Notes: generated by a model from the sequence alone, not told the origin. 64,000 nt of DNA from Acidiferrobacteraceae bacterium (GCA_037388825.1 JARRJV010000001.1:1024-65023); one strand, 5' to 3'. Positions 55,101-64,000 are shown, counted from the first letter of the stretch. A program made the numbers and translations.

Positions 55101-55550
55101 TCAGTCGTCTCCGCCGCCGTGCAGGCGGTCTGCCTTGTCCTTGACGTGTTGCAGGACGCGTAGCGTGGTTTCCAGTTCTTCCGGTGTGGTGCCCGCAAGC
55201 AACTCGGTGCGCAGTGTGGTCGCCACCTTGCGGATTTCCTCAATCACGTTCCGCGCCTTGTCCGTCAGGTGCACCGTCTTGGATCGCCGGTCCTGCTCCG
55301 ACTCCCGACGCTCCAGCCAGCCATCCTCCGTCATGCGGTCCAGCAGCCGTACCAGGGTTGGCCCTTCTATGCCCACGCGTCCGGCGAGAGTCTTCTGCGT
55401 CACGGCGTCGCCATGGCGGGAAAGCTGCAACAGGATGATCCAGCGGGCCTGGCTCAGACCCAGGGGCCGCAGGCGCTCATCGAGCCGGGCGCGCCAAGCT
55501 CGCGCGGCCTCTGCCAGGACTGGCCCCAGTTGTTCCCGCACCGCTTGCAT
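55101..55550 (-). CDS. MarR-family transcriptional regulator (EmrR-like)
   Basis: Start MQAVREQLG at 55550. Winged-helix region QKTLAGRVGIEGPTLVRLLDRMTEDGWLERR. Confidence 0.88.
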   Translation of the reverse strand: MQAVREQLGPVLAEAARAWRARLDERLRPLGLSQARWIILLQLSRHGDAVTQKTLAGRVGIEGPTLVRLLDRMTEDGWLERRESEQDRRSKTVHLTDKARNVIEEIRKVATTLRTELLAGTTPEELETTLRVLQHVKDKADRLHGGGDD

Positions 55551-55565
55551 GGGAATATATCGTAC

Positions 55566-55588
55566 CCTATTAGATAGGAAGCTATCTA
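55566..55588. promoter_or_regulatory. Overlapping palindromes CCTAT-tag-ATAGG and TAGATAG-gaag-CTATCTA (candidate MarR operator)
   Basis: Read directly 16-38 nt upstream of the marR start codon. Confidence 0.4.
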
Positions 55589-55628
55589 TTGTCCGCCAAA
55601 ATGGCGGGCGGGGCAAGTGGAGCCGTGC

Positions 55629-57017
55629 TTAGAGCTCGTATTCCTGTCCCAGGGTGGGCAGTTCGACGTGGGTATCTTTCAGCAGGCCGGCGAAGTGTTC
55701 CATGGTTTCCTCCTCGCCGTGGACCAGGAAGGTCCGGGGCGCCCGGGTGTGGCTGTGCCAGGCAAGGAGTTCCGGCTGGTCCGCATGGGCGGAAAAACCG
55801 TTGACCGTATACACACTCGCGCGAACGGGAATTTCTTCGCCGAAAATGCTGACGTGTTTGGCGCCGTCGATAATGCGGCGTGCCAAAGTGCCGCGGGCAG
55901 CGAAGCCGACAAACACAATGCTGGAGTCTTGGCGCCAGAGGTTGTGTTTCAGGTGGTGTCGAACGCGTCCCCCGGTACACATGCCGGAGCCGGCCATGAT
56001 CACGGCGCCACCGTTGATGCGGTTGATGGCAATGGACTCGGCGGTCTCGCGTGTGAAATGCAGGCCGGGCAGATCGAACGGATCACCCCCGTTTCGGAAC
56101 ATCTCTTCCGTTTCCTTCTCGTAGCAGTCTGGATAGCGGCTGAAGATCTCCGTTGCCGAAATCGCCATTGGCGAATCCAGAAAAGTCTGCATGGAGCCTG
56201 GCAGGCGTCCGGAACCGATCCCCTGGTGCAGGTAGAACAGGATCTCCTGGGCGCGTTCGAGGGCGAAGGTCGGGATTACGACATTGCCGCCGCGGCGAAA
56301 GGTGTCGTCGATCGCCTCGTAGAGCTCATTCACGGTGGGCGCGATTTCCTTGTGCTTGCGATCGCCGTATGTAGTCTCCATGACGACGACATCCACCTCC
56401 GGCGGAATCGCGGGATTGCGCAAAAGCGGTCGCCCGGCATTTCCGAGATCACCCGAGAACAGTACGGTGCGTGTTACCCCGTCTTCTTTGAGTTCAAGCA
56501 GGATGCTTGCGGAGCCAAGAATATGCCCGGCATCGATATAGGTGGCGCGTATTCCGGGGGCCAAGTCCAGCGGAGCCTTGTAGTCGGCGGTTCGACCGAA
56601 GCGGTCCAGTGCGTTGAGGGCATCCAGCTCCGTATACAGCGGCTCGATTTCCGCGTGGTGGTTGCCGCGACGCTTGGCCCGCCGGCTGCGGTAGCGCGCC
56701 TCTTCCTCGTTGAGATGTGCCGCGTCCAGCATCACCAGGCGCGCGAGTTCGCGGGATGCCGCCGTGGTGATGATCTCGCCACCAAATCCGCGTTTTGCCA
56801 GTAGTGGCAATCGACCGCAGTGATCGAGATGGGCGTGGGTCAGGAGAACCATGTCGACCGATGAGGGATCGAAACCAAAGGGTTCCGCGTTTTCCTCGTC
56901 CAGTTCCCGACCGCCCTGGTACAGCCCGCAATCGACAAGGATCCGCTTGCCGGAGCATTCGACCATGTGACAGGACCCGGTTACGCCGCGATCGGCGCCA
57001 TGAAAGGATATTTTCAA
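55629..57017 (-). CDS. MBL-fold beta-CASP family hydrolase (RNA-metabolising type)
   Basis: HAHLDHCG motif, later DAGH and FSAHAD motifs. 462 aa. Confidence 0.85.
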   Translation of the reverse strand: MKISFHGADRGVTGSCHMVECSGKRILVDCGLYQGGRELDEENAEPFGFDPSSVDMVLLTHAHLDHCGRLPLLAKRGFGGEIITTAASRELARLVMLDAAHLNEEEARYRSRRAKRRGNHHAEIEPLYTELDALNALDRFGRTADYKAPLDLAPGIRATYIDAGHILGSASILLELKEDGVTRTVLFSGDLGNAGRPLLRNPAIPPEVDVVVMETTYGDRKHKEIAPTVNELYEAIDDTFRRGGNVVIPTFALERAQEILFYLHQGIGSGRLPGSMQTFLDSPMAISATEIFSRYPDCYEKETEEMFRNGGDPFDLPGLHFTRETAESIAINRINGGAVIMAGSGMCTGGRVRHHLKHNLWRQDSSIVFVGFAARGTLARRIIDGAKHVSIFGEEIPVRASVYTVNGFSAHADQPELLAWHSHTRAPRTFLVHGEEETMEHFAGLLKDTHVELPTLGQEYEL

Positions 57018-57045
57018 GATCGTTGCTCCAGATTTATAGTTTCTT

Positions 57046-58011
57046 TCAGCCTTTTGGAAACAGATCCGAACCGTTGATCCTGTGCCAACGCACGATTCCG
57101 TCCCAGATTTCCTCGGCGGTCTCCGCGAACCAGAACAGTTCCCGGTCCTCGGGGTCGATTACACCCTCGTCCACAAGAAAATCCATGTTGATGGCCCGTT
57201 CCCAGTACTCGCGGCCCACCAGGATCACCGGTACCGGGGCGATCTTGCGCGTCTGGATCAGGGTCAGGGTCTCGAACAGTTCATCGAAGGTGCCATAGCC
57301 TCCGGGGAAGGCCACCAGCGCCCGCGTTCGCAGGAGGAAGTGCATCTTGCGCAGGGCGAAGTAGTGAAAGCGGAAGCACAGCTCCGGGGTAATGTAGGGA
57401 TTGGGGTACTGCTCATGGGGCAGATTGATGTTGAGGCCGATATTCTTGGCGCGAGCATCAAATGCGCCGCGGTTGGCGGCCTCCATCATCCCGGGTCCTC
57501 CCCCGGTCATGACCACCAGCAGCCCGTCCCCGTGGCGGCGGCCGGCATCGCCGGCAAGGTGGCCAAACTCGCGCGCGATATCATAATAATGGCTTTTCGC
57601 CAGGAGCCGCTCGGCCACGGCGAGTTGCCGCTGCAGGTCCGGGTCGTCCGGCTGTTTTTCGAGAGAGTGGCGCAGGGAATTCACATGATGTTGCGCAGCC
57701 GCCGGCTCACGGATGCGTGTACTTCCAAATACCACTACCGTGTGCCTGATATCGTGCTGCTGCAACAGCAGTTCCGTCTTCAGATAGTCCAGCTGCAGGC
57801 GGAGCCCGCGGGTGTCGTAGCGGGTAAGAAATTCGATATCCTCGTCGGCCGGGATGTAGCTGGGACTCTTGAGGATCGCGCGCACGCGGTCAGGCGCATC
57901 GGGGTCTTCGTGGGTCGGCTTGGGGCGGTGCCAGGGAAGGGGTTTCTCCCGCCGTTGCGGGTGCGGCGGTTGCGGTATCTCGGGACCTGAAATGGATTTT
58001 CGCTTCGGCAT
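57046..58011 (-). CDS. LOG-family (TIGR00730-type) nucleotide 5'-monophosphate nucleosidase with N-terminal extension
   Basis: GGGPGMMEA and PGGYGTFDE motifs. Confidence 0.85.
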   Translation of the reverse strand: MPKRKSISGPEIPQPPHPQRREKPLPWHRPKPTHEDPDAPDRVRAILKSPSYIPADEDIEFLTRYDTRGLRLQLDYLKTELLLQQHDIRHTVVVFGSTRIREPAAAQHHVNSLRHSLEKQPDDPDLQRQLAVAERLLAKSHYYDIAREFGHLAGDAGRRHGDGLLVVMTGGGPGMMEAANRGAFDARAKNIGLNINLPHEQYPNPYITPELCFRFHYFALRKMHFLLRTRALVAFPGGYGTFDELFETLTLIQTRKIAPVPVILVGREYWERAINMDFLVDEGVIDPEDRELFWFAETAEEIWDGIVRWHRINGSDLFPKG

Positions 58012-58076
58012 CGGCGCATCAAATCACACGCGAGATTCCGGTTCAATTACCAACGCGCCCCGGCTCGGGGTGAGGG

Positions 58077-59840
58077 TCATGTTGAGGATCCGCCTTCCGC
58101 GGGTGTGTGCTTCTCCAAGGTCACCGCCCGTTCGCAGGCTTCCCCCAGGGTCAGGCAGCACTCGAGCATGCCCGATGTCTGGCGCAGTCCCGCCCGGTAC
58201 AGCTTGCGATAGATCCGTGCATTGAGATTGGCGATGATCACTGCCACCCGGGCGTGGTTGAGCCGTTTGACCAGGGAATCCAGGGCGACGATGCCTGTCA
58301 TATCCACCATGGATACGTCCGCCATGTCGAATATGACCAGCCTGACCTCAGGATTGAGGCGCTGAATGACGCTGGCCGCCTTCTCCGCGGCACCGAAAAA
58401 CAGCGGGCCATTGATGTCATAGATTGCGACCGAGGAAGGAAGTTCCTCGGTATGAGCGTGTTCATCACGCCGCACCAGGGCGACATCGGTCAGACTCATC
58501 ATGCGGCGGACGAAGAGAATGGAGGCGAGCACCACTCCGGCGGCGACAGCGATGACCATATCGAAAACGACTGTAAGAAAAATACAGGTAAGCAACACCG
58601 CAACATCGGACCGTGGCGCTACCCTTACAACATTGACCACGTGTCTTGCCTCGCTCATGTTCCACGCAACAACCATCAGCAGGGCTGCCAGCGCGGCCAT
58701 CGGCAGATAGCCCAGCAAGTCGGCAAACACCACGACGGTCAGCAGCACCACCCCGGCGTGAATCACGGCCGAGATCGGGCCGTGGGCGCCGCTGCGGATC
58801 GAGGTCGCGGTCCGCGCGATGGCGGCAGTCGCGGTGATCCCTCCGAAGAATGGTGCAATCACATTGCCCAGGCCCTGGCCGACCAGTTCGGCATTGGGGT
58901 CGTGTCGTGTTCCGGTAATGCCGTCGGCGACTACGGCGCACAGCAGGGATTCGATGGCTCCCAGCATGGCGACGGTGAATGCCGACGGCAGCAGCTCACG
59001 GATGAGGCCTATGGAGATGCCGATGGGGTTGCCATGCGCATCGGGCAAGTGCCAGGGCCAGTCCGGTATGGGAGGAAACGGAGGTATCCCATTGCCGTTT
59101 GCACCGTCCACCATGTAGTGAAAACGGGACGAGATTGTTGCCACCTCGAATCCGGGCCAGATCCGGTGGGCGAGGTAGGCTGCGAGAGACCCGATCACAA
59201 GTGCCACCAGGTGCCCCGGGATGCGGGTCTTGAGTCGTGGCCACAACACCAGTACCGCAAGGGTGATGGAACCGATCGCAATGTCAGGCCCATGCGCGGA
59301 GGGGACGGCCCGAATGAGTGCGCCCACCTTGTCCAGGTAGTGCTGGGGGTGCCCCGCGAGGGTCAGGCCCAGAAAATCCTTGAGCTGAAGGGTGGCGATG
59401 ACGATCCCGATACCGGCGGTGAATCCCGCGGTCACGGGATAGGGAATGAATTGAATCAGCCGCCCCATCCGCGTGGCGCCCATGGCGACCAGGATCAAGC
59501 CGGCCAAGACCGTAGTGAGGAGCAATCCACCGAGGCCGTGGCTTTGGGTAATGGGCAGGAGGATGACCACGAACGCGGCGGTCGGCCCGGAAATGGAAAA
59601 CCGCGAGCCGCCCGTAAGCGCAATAACGACTCCCGCGATGATCGAGGTATAGAGGCCATATTGGGGCGGGACCCCGCTGGCAATAGCAAGGGCCATGGCC
59701 AGGGGAACGGCGACCACACCCACGGTAATCCCCGCAAGCAGGTCGCCTCGCATGTTGGCGCGGCTGTAACCACCCGCGAATAAGTCGATGATTGCCGTAG
59801 CGATCGGCCAGCGGGCTTGGGAATTATTGGAGCTGTTCAC
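58077..59840 (-). CDS. SulP-family anion permease with C-terminal STAS domain
   Basis: N-terminal RGDLLAGITVGVVAVPLAMA and a STAS-like C-terminus (IYDINGPLFFGAA...). 587 aa. Confidence 0.9.
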   Translation of the reverse strand: MNSSNNSQARWPIATAIIDLFAGGYSRANMRGDLLAGITVGVVAVPLAMALAIASGVPPQYGLYTSIIAGVVIALTGGSRFSISGPTAAFVVILLPITQSHGLGGLLLTTVLAGLILVAMGATRMGRLIQFIPYPVTAGFTAGIGIVIATLQLKDFLGLTLAGHPQHYLDKVGALIRAVPSAHGPDIAIGSITLAVLVLWPRLKTRIPGHLVALVIGSLAAYLAHRIWPGFEVATISSRFHYMVDGANGNGIPPFPPIPDWPWHLPDAHGNPIGISIGLIRELLPSAFTVAMLGAIESLLCAVVADGITGTRHDPNAELVGQGLGNVIAPFFGGITATAAIARTATSIRSGAHGPISAVIHAGVVLLTVVVFADLLGYLPMAALAALLMVVAWNMSEARHVVNVVRVAPRSDVAVLLTCIFLTVVFDMVIAVAAGVVLASILFVRRMMSLTDVALVRRDEHAHTEELPSSVAIYDINGPLFFGAAEKAASVIQRLNPEVRLVIFDMADVSMVDMTGIVALDSLVKRLNHARVAVIIANLNARIYRKLYRAGLRQTSGMLECCLTLGEACERAVTLEKHTPAEGGSST

Positions 59841-59890
59841 GGTCGAATTCCTGCAAAGGCAAGGTCGCCAAACCGGGATGACAGGTAATG

Positions 59891-59906
59891 TGGCACCGAC
59901 TGGCGG
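59891..59906 (+). promoter_or_regulatory. Motif TGGCACcgaCTGGCGG (copy 2 of the motif at 6217-6232)
   Basis: Read directly in the divergent region between the SulP gene and the hydroxylase gene. Confidence 0.25.
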
Positions 59907-60003
59907 TCATCCATTCCCGGTGTGGAACGGATGTTCTACCATACTAAACGTGTTAGGATTTTTCACCAAGGTATCTGGTGGAAATCAAGGATGGGTTGCA
60001 GCA

Positions 60004-60606
60004 ATGCCGCAGAAATCAATCCGCTACTTGTATGATCGGATGGTTGACGGAATCGTCCGTATGTCCCAGACGAGGACGAACTACTGGGCAGAACTGGTAG
60101 TCGACGCCTCCATTGTTGTCGCTTTCGTTTCCTATGCGATCCTCAGCCATGCAGTGGGTCTGTTCGCAAGCCTGTTGATCGTCGTGGGCGGTCTGTTGAT
60201 ATTTTCATTCATTGAGTATTTCTTTCACCGCTGGCTCTTCCATGGGCCGGTGAGGATCCTGGAACGGGGACATAGCGCCCATCATGCAGAGCCCCTTGGC
60301 TACGATTCGCTACCGTTTTTTCTTCCCGCCCTGGTAATGATCCTGTGGGTTGCCGTGTTCGGCCTGGTTCTGCCCCTAGCCTACAATTTGCTGCTCACTG
60401 CCGCTGTCCTTTCTGGTTACATAATCTATGTGCTTGCACACTTTTCCATTCATCATTGGCGGCCGAAAAACCGGTACGTGCGGAAATGGGCGGCCTACCA
60501 TCATATTCATCACCACCATCCGGAATATAATTTCGGTGTGACTACTCCGCTGTGGGATATTGTGCTTGGTACCCGATACCGCTCAAAATACAAGCGCGCC
60601 TTCTAG
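60004..60606 (+). CDS. Fatty acid hydroxylase/sterol desaturase-family membrane protein
   Basis: His boxes HRWLFH, HSAHH, HHIHHHH. 4 TM. ATG at 60004. Confidence 0.8.
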   Translation: MPQKSIRYLYDRMVDGIVRMSQTRTNYWAELVVDASIVVAFVSYAILSHAVGLFASLLIVVGGLLIFSFIEYFFHRWLFHGPVRILERGHSAHHAEPLGYDSLPFFLPALVMILWVAVFGLVLPLAYNLLLTAAVLSGYIIYVLAHFSIHHWRPKNRYVRKWAAYHHIHHHHPEYNFGVTTPLWDIVLGTRYRSKYKRAF

Positions 60607-60684
60607 CAATTGAATCGAATCCCGGCGAGGCTGCTCCATTACCGGGATAGCTGCACCTGACTTTTTCATTCGCAAGGGATTGCC

Positions 60685-61011
60685 ATGAAAGTCTATATCG
60701 TTGCCGGTTCCATCATTTCAGTCGCAGTTCTACTCGTCTCCAGCCATATACAGGCCTGGCGCCTCGGTCGCATGGAAGTGCGGGCGAAGTACGATCATCT
60801 TGTGATCAAGCACCGCGAGCGGGAATCGGAACTGCTCGCCTCACTCCAGGAAGCGCGGGAAGCGCGCAAGGTGGTGTATCGTGAACATATTCGGACAATC
60901 AGGGAAGTCAGTGCACCCTGTCTTGATCATCCTGTGCCTGAGTCTGTTGCCGGTCTCCTGCGGAAACCCGGCGGTAGTTCGACCGGATCCACAGCTGATC
61001 CGGGACTGTAG
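60685..61011 (+). CDS. N-terminally anchored coiled-coil protein, i-spanin (Rz/LysB)-like architecture
   Basis: TM helix VYIVAGSIISVAVLLVSS, charged helical middle (EVRAKYDHLVIKHRERESELLASLQEAREARK), C-terminal ...APCLDHPVPESVAGLL. SD-like AAGGGA. Confidence 0.5.
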   Translation: MKVYIVAGSIISVAVLLVSSHIQAWRLGRMEVRAKYDHLVIKHRERESELLASLQEAREARKVVYREHIRTIREVSAPCLDHPVPESVAGLLRKPGGSSTGSTADPGL

Positions 61012-61144
61012 CTTTCCCGTTCTCGAGGCGGGCCAGACCACCTTTCGGGATGTGGTGGAGCTCGCCGAAAGGCGGGGTGAGGCTTTGACTGAATGCAGCG
61101 GAAGAATGCGCACCATTCGCAAGAGTTTTGGCGCCGATCAGTAG
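60881..61144 (+). CDS. Small putative lipoprotein in the +1 frame overlapping the previous gene, o-spanin (Rz1/LysC)-like architecture
   Basis: GTG at 60881 preceded by AAGGTGG (6-nt spacing). Signal-like MNIFGQSGKSVHPVLIILCLSLLPVS-C with an imperfect lipobox (Pro at -3). Pro-containing mature N-terminus. Overlaps 60685..61011 by 131 nt. Confidence 0.4.
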   Translation: MNIFGQSGKSVHPVLIILCLSLLPVSCGNPAVVRPDPQLIRDCSFPVLEAGQTTFRDVVELAERRGEALTECSGRMRTIRKSFGADQ

Positions 61145-61370
61145 CCCGGCAATGATCTCCATCATCGCACTGGCTTGGTCGACCGGAGCGAGTCATTTCA
61201 GACAGATAGTGGCCTGTTCTTCCAACCGCCCGGGCTGGCGCCGTTCGCTCTATGATGTTTTCCGCCCTGAGTGCCGGGGACGGGGCAGCTTTTCCGCACT
61301 CTACTCTATTATAGATACCGATCCACGTTCAGCGCGTGCAAGATTCCGCTTCCTGCGTGATCCAGGGCCT

Positions 61371-61796
61371 TCAGGAGTCGTCGGAATCCCAGTCGGCGCC
61401 ATCGTCCCCGTCGTCCACGTCATCCGGGATTTCCGAATCATCCGTATCGGGATCGATATCACTGAGCATGGTTTCGGCACTGGTCTTGCGGGGGCGTACG
61501 CGCTCAACTGCGGCCGAGGATTGGGACCCCCGTGGCGAGAAGCCGGAGAGGGCGGCGACGAATGCGGCCTGTAGTTCATCAACGATCACTTCCTCGCCGG
61601 GTTCAAACTCGCGAAGTTTCGGTTCCACCAGATCGCGCCGGTACTCGAGGATGGCGTCGCGCTGAAGGTTGAAGAGATAGACCGTGGCTGTGTTGCCCGT
61701 ATCCAGGTTCGGATCCATGGCGACCGGCGAGCTCTTGGCTCCCGCATCGAGGAAGCCATACCACGCCGAACCTTTTTTCGCTGCCGATCCGCCCAT
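61371..61796 (-). CDS. Hypothetical protein with strongly acidic Asp-rich C-terminal tail
   Basis: Protein-like N-terminal ~90 aa, then DIDPDTDDSEIPDDVDDGDDGADWDSDDS. No motif recognised. Confidence 0.45.
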   Translation of the reverse strand: MGGSAAKKGSAWYGFLDAGAKSSPVAMDPNLDTGNTATVYLFNLQRDAILEYRRDLVEPKLREFEPGEEVIVDELQAAFVAALSGFSPRGSQSSAAVERVRPRKTSAETMLSDIDPDTDDSEIPDDVDDGDDGADWDSDDS

Positions 61797-62044
61797 ATTC
61801 AGGACACTCGCCGTCGAGGGTTGTTGACGTAGCCGAAGTCACCGGCTTTTTTTGCGGAATGATATCCGCGTTTTCCCGCTTGTCCAGTATTTTTTGCGGC
61901 CCGGCCGCCGGATGCCCCGCAGCAGCTTTCTTGCCGCGCGCCGGTTGATTCGGGTCAATGCACTGTCATGCGATGAGCACCACTATGGGTGGCGAAAACC
62001 GGTGCGGGCCAACCGCGTCCAATTGCCCCCGGGGTGCGACTTAC

Positions 62045-63199
62045 GTGTCAAAACCGCGTTACAACGTCCTGGCCATCAACACTGGCAGTTCCTCGGTTCG
62101 CCTGGGGCTCTACCGCTCCGGGCCGACCCTGGAGTGTGTGGCCAGCCGCCATTTGACCGGCGAAATTGATGACGCGGAAAGCCTCCTGGCCCGCTTCGTC
62201 GGCGATGCTGGCCAGGCAAGGCCGGATGTACTTGTGCACCGGGTTGTTCACGGAGGTGAGCGATTGCGCGAAAGCACCCTGATCGACGCGCAGGTGGAGC
62301 AGGAAATAGAGCGCTGTGCCATTCTGGCGCCCCTGCATAATCCGCGCGCCTTGCGCTGGATCCGGGGCAGCCGGTCGCTGCTGGGCGAGCGTACGCCGCA
62401 GGTGGCGGTATTCGATACGGGATTCTTCCGTGACTTGCCCGAATTTGCATGGCGCTATGCCTTGCCCCGCGAGATGGCCGACAAGGAGGGGCTGCGTCGC
62501 TACGGCTTTCACGGCATCGCCCACCGCGCCCTCTGGCAGCGTTGGGCGGAGCTTGTGCCGGAGATGGCCGGCATGGCGCGCGTGATCTCGTTGCAGCTGG
62601 GTTCCGGCTGTTCCGCAAGCGCGATTCGCGCCGGCGTTCCGGTAGACACGTCCATGGGTTTTTCTCCAACGGAGGGACTGATCATGGCCACGCGCAGCGG
62701 GGACGTGGATCCGGGCCTCGTCACCTGGGTGGAGCAAGAAAAACGGATGGATGCAGCTTCGATTGAGAAGCTCCTGAATGAGGAGTCCGGCCTGCTTGGA
62801 GTCTCCGGCATCAGCAGCGATATGAGGGAATTGCTTCAATCCGCGGAACCTGCCGCGGATATCGCCATCGAAATGTTTTGCTACCGCGCGCGCAAATACA
62901 TCGGTGCCTACTCCGCGGTTCTCGGGGGTGTCGATGCCATTCTTTTCGGCGGCGGTATTGGCGAACACGCCCCGCAGGTACGAGAACGCATTCTGCGCGG
63001 GCTCGACTTTCTCGGTGTGTCTCTGGAGCGCCGGCGCAATCTCCAGGCAGTCGAGGGTGAACACGCGCTTCATGACGTTGTCGGCACGGTGCAACTCTGG
63101 ACAATCCCGGTGGACGAGGGGACACAGCTGGTGCGCGAGGCATTGGGCGTGGTGCAGAAACAGGTCGACACAGAATCCGGGCACAGGAGGGCGAAATGA
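62045..63199 (+). CDS. ackA: Acetate kinase
   Basis: NTGSSSVR near the N-terminus and [10 protein letters not shown]. Likely GTG start at 62045, since the upstream part of ORF 61958.. is not Ack-like. The stop overlaps the next start (ATGA). Confidence 0.9.
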   Translation: MSKPRYNVLAINTGSSSVRLGLYRSGPTLECVASRHLTGEIDDAESLLARFVGDAGQARPDVLVHRVVHGGERLRESTLIDAQVEQEIERCAILAPLHNPRALRWIRGSRSLLGERTPQVAVFDTGFFRDLPEFAWRYALPREMADKEGLRRYGFHGIAHRALWQRWAELVPEMAGMARVISLQLGSGCSASAIRAGVPVDTSMGFSPTEGLIMATRSGDVDPGLVTWVEQEKRMDAASIEKLLNEESGLLGVSGISSDMRELLQSAEPAADIAIEMFCYRARKYIGAYSAVLGGVDAILFGGGIGEHAPQVRERILRGLDFLGVSLERRRNLQAVEGEHALHDVVGTVQLWTIPVDEGTQLVREALGVVQKQVDTESGHRRAK

Positions 63200-64000
63200 A
63201 ACAGGAAACAACTGAACGACCGGAATCGGGGATCGCAGGCAGCGAGGGCCCGTTGACGGCGACGGAACTGGATCGCATCCATGCCTATTGGCGTGCTGCC
63301 AACTATCTTTCCGTGGGCCAGATCTACCTGATGGACAACCCGCTGCTGCATGAGCCCCTGGTCCTGGACCACATAAAGCCGCGGCTTTTGGGGCACTGGG
63401 GAACCACCCCGGGGCTGAATTTTCTCTATGCGCATCTCAATCGCATGATCCGCATGCGTGATCTGGATATGATCTATGTGATCGGTCCCGGCCACGGCGG
63501 CCCCGCGATTGTCGCCAATGCATGGCTGGAGGGCACCTACAGCGAGGTCTATCCCAATGTCTCGTTTGACGAGGAAGGGATGCGCCACCTCTTCCGGCAG
63601 TTCTCCTTTCCCGGCGGGATTCCGAGCCATGTTGCGCCCGAGACTCCGGGCTCCATTCACGAGGGCGGCGAACTGGGGTACTCGATTGCCCATGCCTATG
63701 GTGCTGCGCTGGACAATCCCGACCTCATCATCGCCTGTGTGATCGGCGATGGCGAGGCCGAGACCGGTCCCCTTGCGACCGCCTGGCACTCGAACAAGTT
63801 TCTCAATCCTGCCAGCGATGGAGCGGTGCTGCCCATACTTCATCTGAATGGATACAAGATCGCCAATCCGACGGTGCTTGCGCGCATTTCCCATGAGGAG
63901 TTGAAAGATCTGCTGTGTGGCTATGGCTACGAACCGCATTTTGTCGAAGGGGACGATCCGCGCCTGCTGCACCAGCAGATGGCGCGCACCATGGAACAGG
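63196..64000 (+). CDS. xfp: Phosphoketolase (xylulose-5-P/fructose-6-P), 3'-truncated by window edge
   Basis: Not in the ORF track because it has no stop within the window. My own translation from the ATG at 63196 reads [10 protein letters not shown]...[21 protein letters not shown]...[20 protein letters not shown]...EGGELGYS, which are classic XFP N-terminal motifs. SD AGGAGG. Confidence 0.9.
   Translation, partial: MKQETTERPESGIAGSEGPLTATELDRIHAYWRAANYLSVGQIYLMDNPLLHEPLVLDHIKPRLLGHWGTTPGLNFLYAHLNRMIRMRDLDMIYVIGPGHGGPAIVANAWLEGTYSEVYPNVSFDEEGMRHLFRQFSFPGGIPSHVAPETPGSIHEGGELGYSIAHAYGAALDNPDLIIACVIGDGEAETGPLATAWHSNKFLNPASDGAVLPILHLNGYKIANPTVLARISHEELKDLLCGYGYEPHFVEGDDPRLLHQQMARTMEQ

Noticed and set aside
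58040-58076. Small hairpin CCCCG-gct-CGGGG between the SulP gene and the LOG-family gene.
   Set aside because: The stem is 5 bp with a poor T-tract on the relevant (minus) strand. It is probably not a functional terminator and the genes may be co-transcribed.
61830-61858. Hairpin AGCCG-aagtcac-CGGCT followed by T7 on the plus strand, upstream of ackA.
   Set aside because: The stem is only 5 bp, there is no upstream plus-strand gene or convincing promoter, and it lies in the promoter region of the minus-strand acidic-protein gene. It is too weak to call a terminator or attenuator.
1-64000. Search for CRISPR arrays, tRNA/rRNA genes, IS elements, integrases, toxin-antitoxin or recognisable defence-system genes.
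   Set aside because: No regularly spaced repeats, cloverleaf-like or rRNA-like segments, terminal inverted repeats, or transposase, recombinase, nuclease or helicase-type ORFs were seen on reading the ORF translations and intergenic DNA. Apart from the spanin-like pair, nothing looks mobile.

Overview
This is a GC-rich, gene-dense bacterial chromosomal segment. I recognised no rRNA, tRNA, CRISPR array, transposase or integrase. All calls rest on reading the ORF translations and the DNA by eye; no database search was run.

The central ~28 kb (11.5-39.1 kb) is a hydrogen-metabolism supercluster:
- **Isp-type uptake [NiFe]-hydrogenase operon (minus strand):** endopeptidase, HupH-like, hynS, isp1, isp2, hynL, hupE.
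- **Divergent maturation operon:** hypC-hypA-hypB-hypD-(cation:proton antiporter)-hypF-hypE. A perfect FNR/ANR-type box (TTGATATATATCAA) lies in the shared promoter region.
- **Oxygen-related genes:** a rubrerythrin with a Tat-like signal, then a Bat-like MoxR/DUF58/VWA/TPR/BatD 'aerotolerance' operon.
- **Second hydrogenase:** a four-subunit group-3b-like (sulfhydrogenase-type) enzyme with its own endopeptidase.

The flanks carry ordinary housekeeping and accessory genes:
- MFS, DMT and SulP transporters.
- A di-haem cytochrome c peroxidase-family protein.
- Two M48 peptidases, one coupled to a DUF898-like membrane protein.
- An orphan histidine kinase and an HD-GYP protein.
- A GMC oxidoreductase with a Tat small subunit, and hemG.
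- A YbhGFSR-type ABC exporter and an emrRAB-like efflux operon.
- A beta-CASP hydrolase and a LOG-family protein.
- An ackA-xfp (phosphoketolase) pair cut by the window end.

Observations most worth a second look:
- An orphan overlapped gene pair with spanin-like (Rz/Rz1, P2 LysB/LysC-style) architecture at 60.7-61.1 kb.
- A candidate ~165-nt sRNA bounded by a promoter-like element and a strong intrinsic terminator at 3.68-3.85 kb.
- The Tat-signal rubrerythrin and Bat operon sandwiched between the two hydrogenase loci.
- An antiporter translationally coupled inside the hyp operon.
- A 16-bp motif shared by two unrelated divergent promoters.
- Three apparent frame disruptions, which are either real pseudogenes or indel sequencing errors.

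I found no clearly novel multi-gene system. The novelty claims below are hypotheses.
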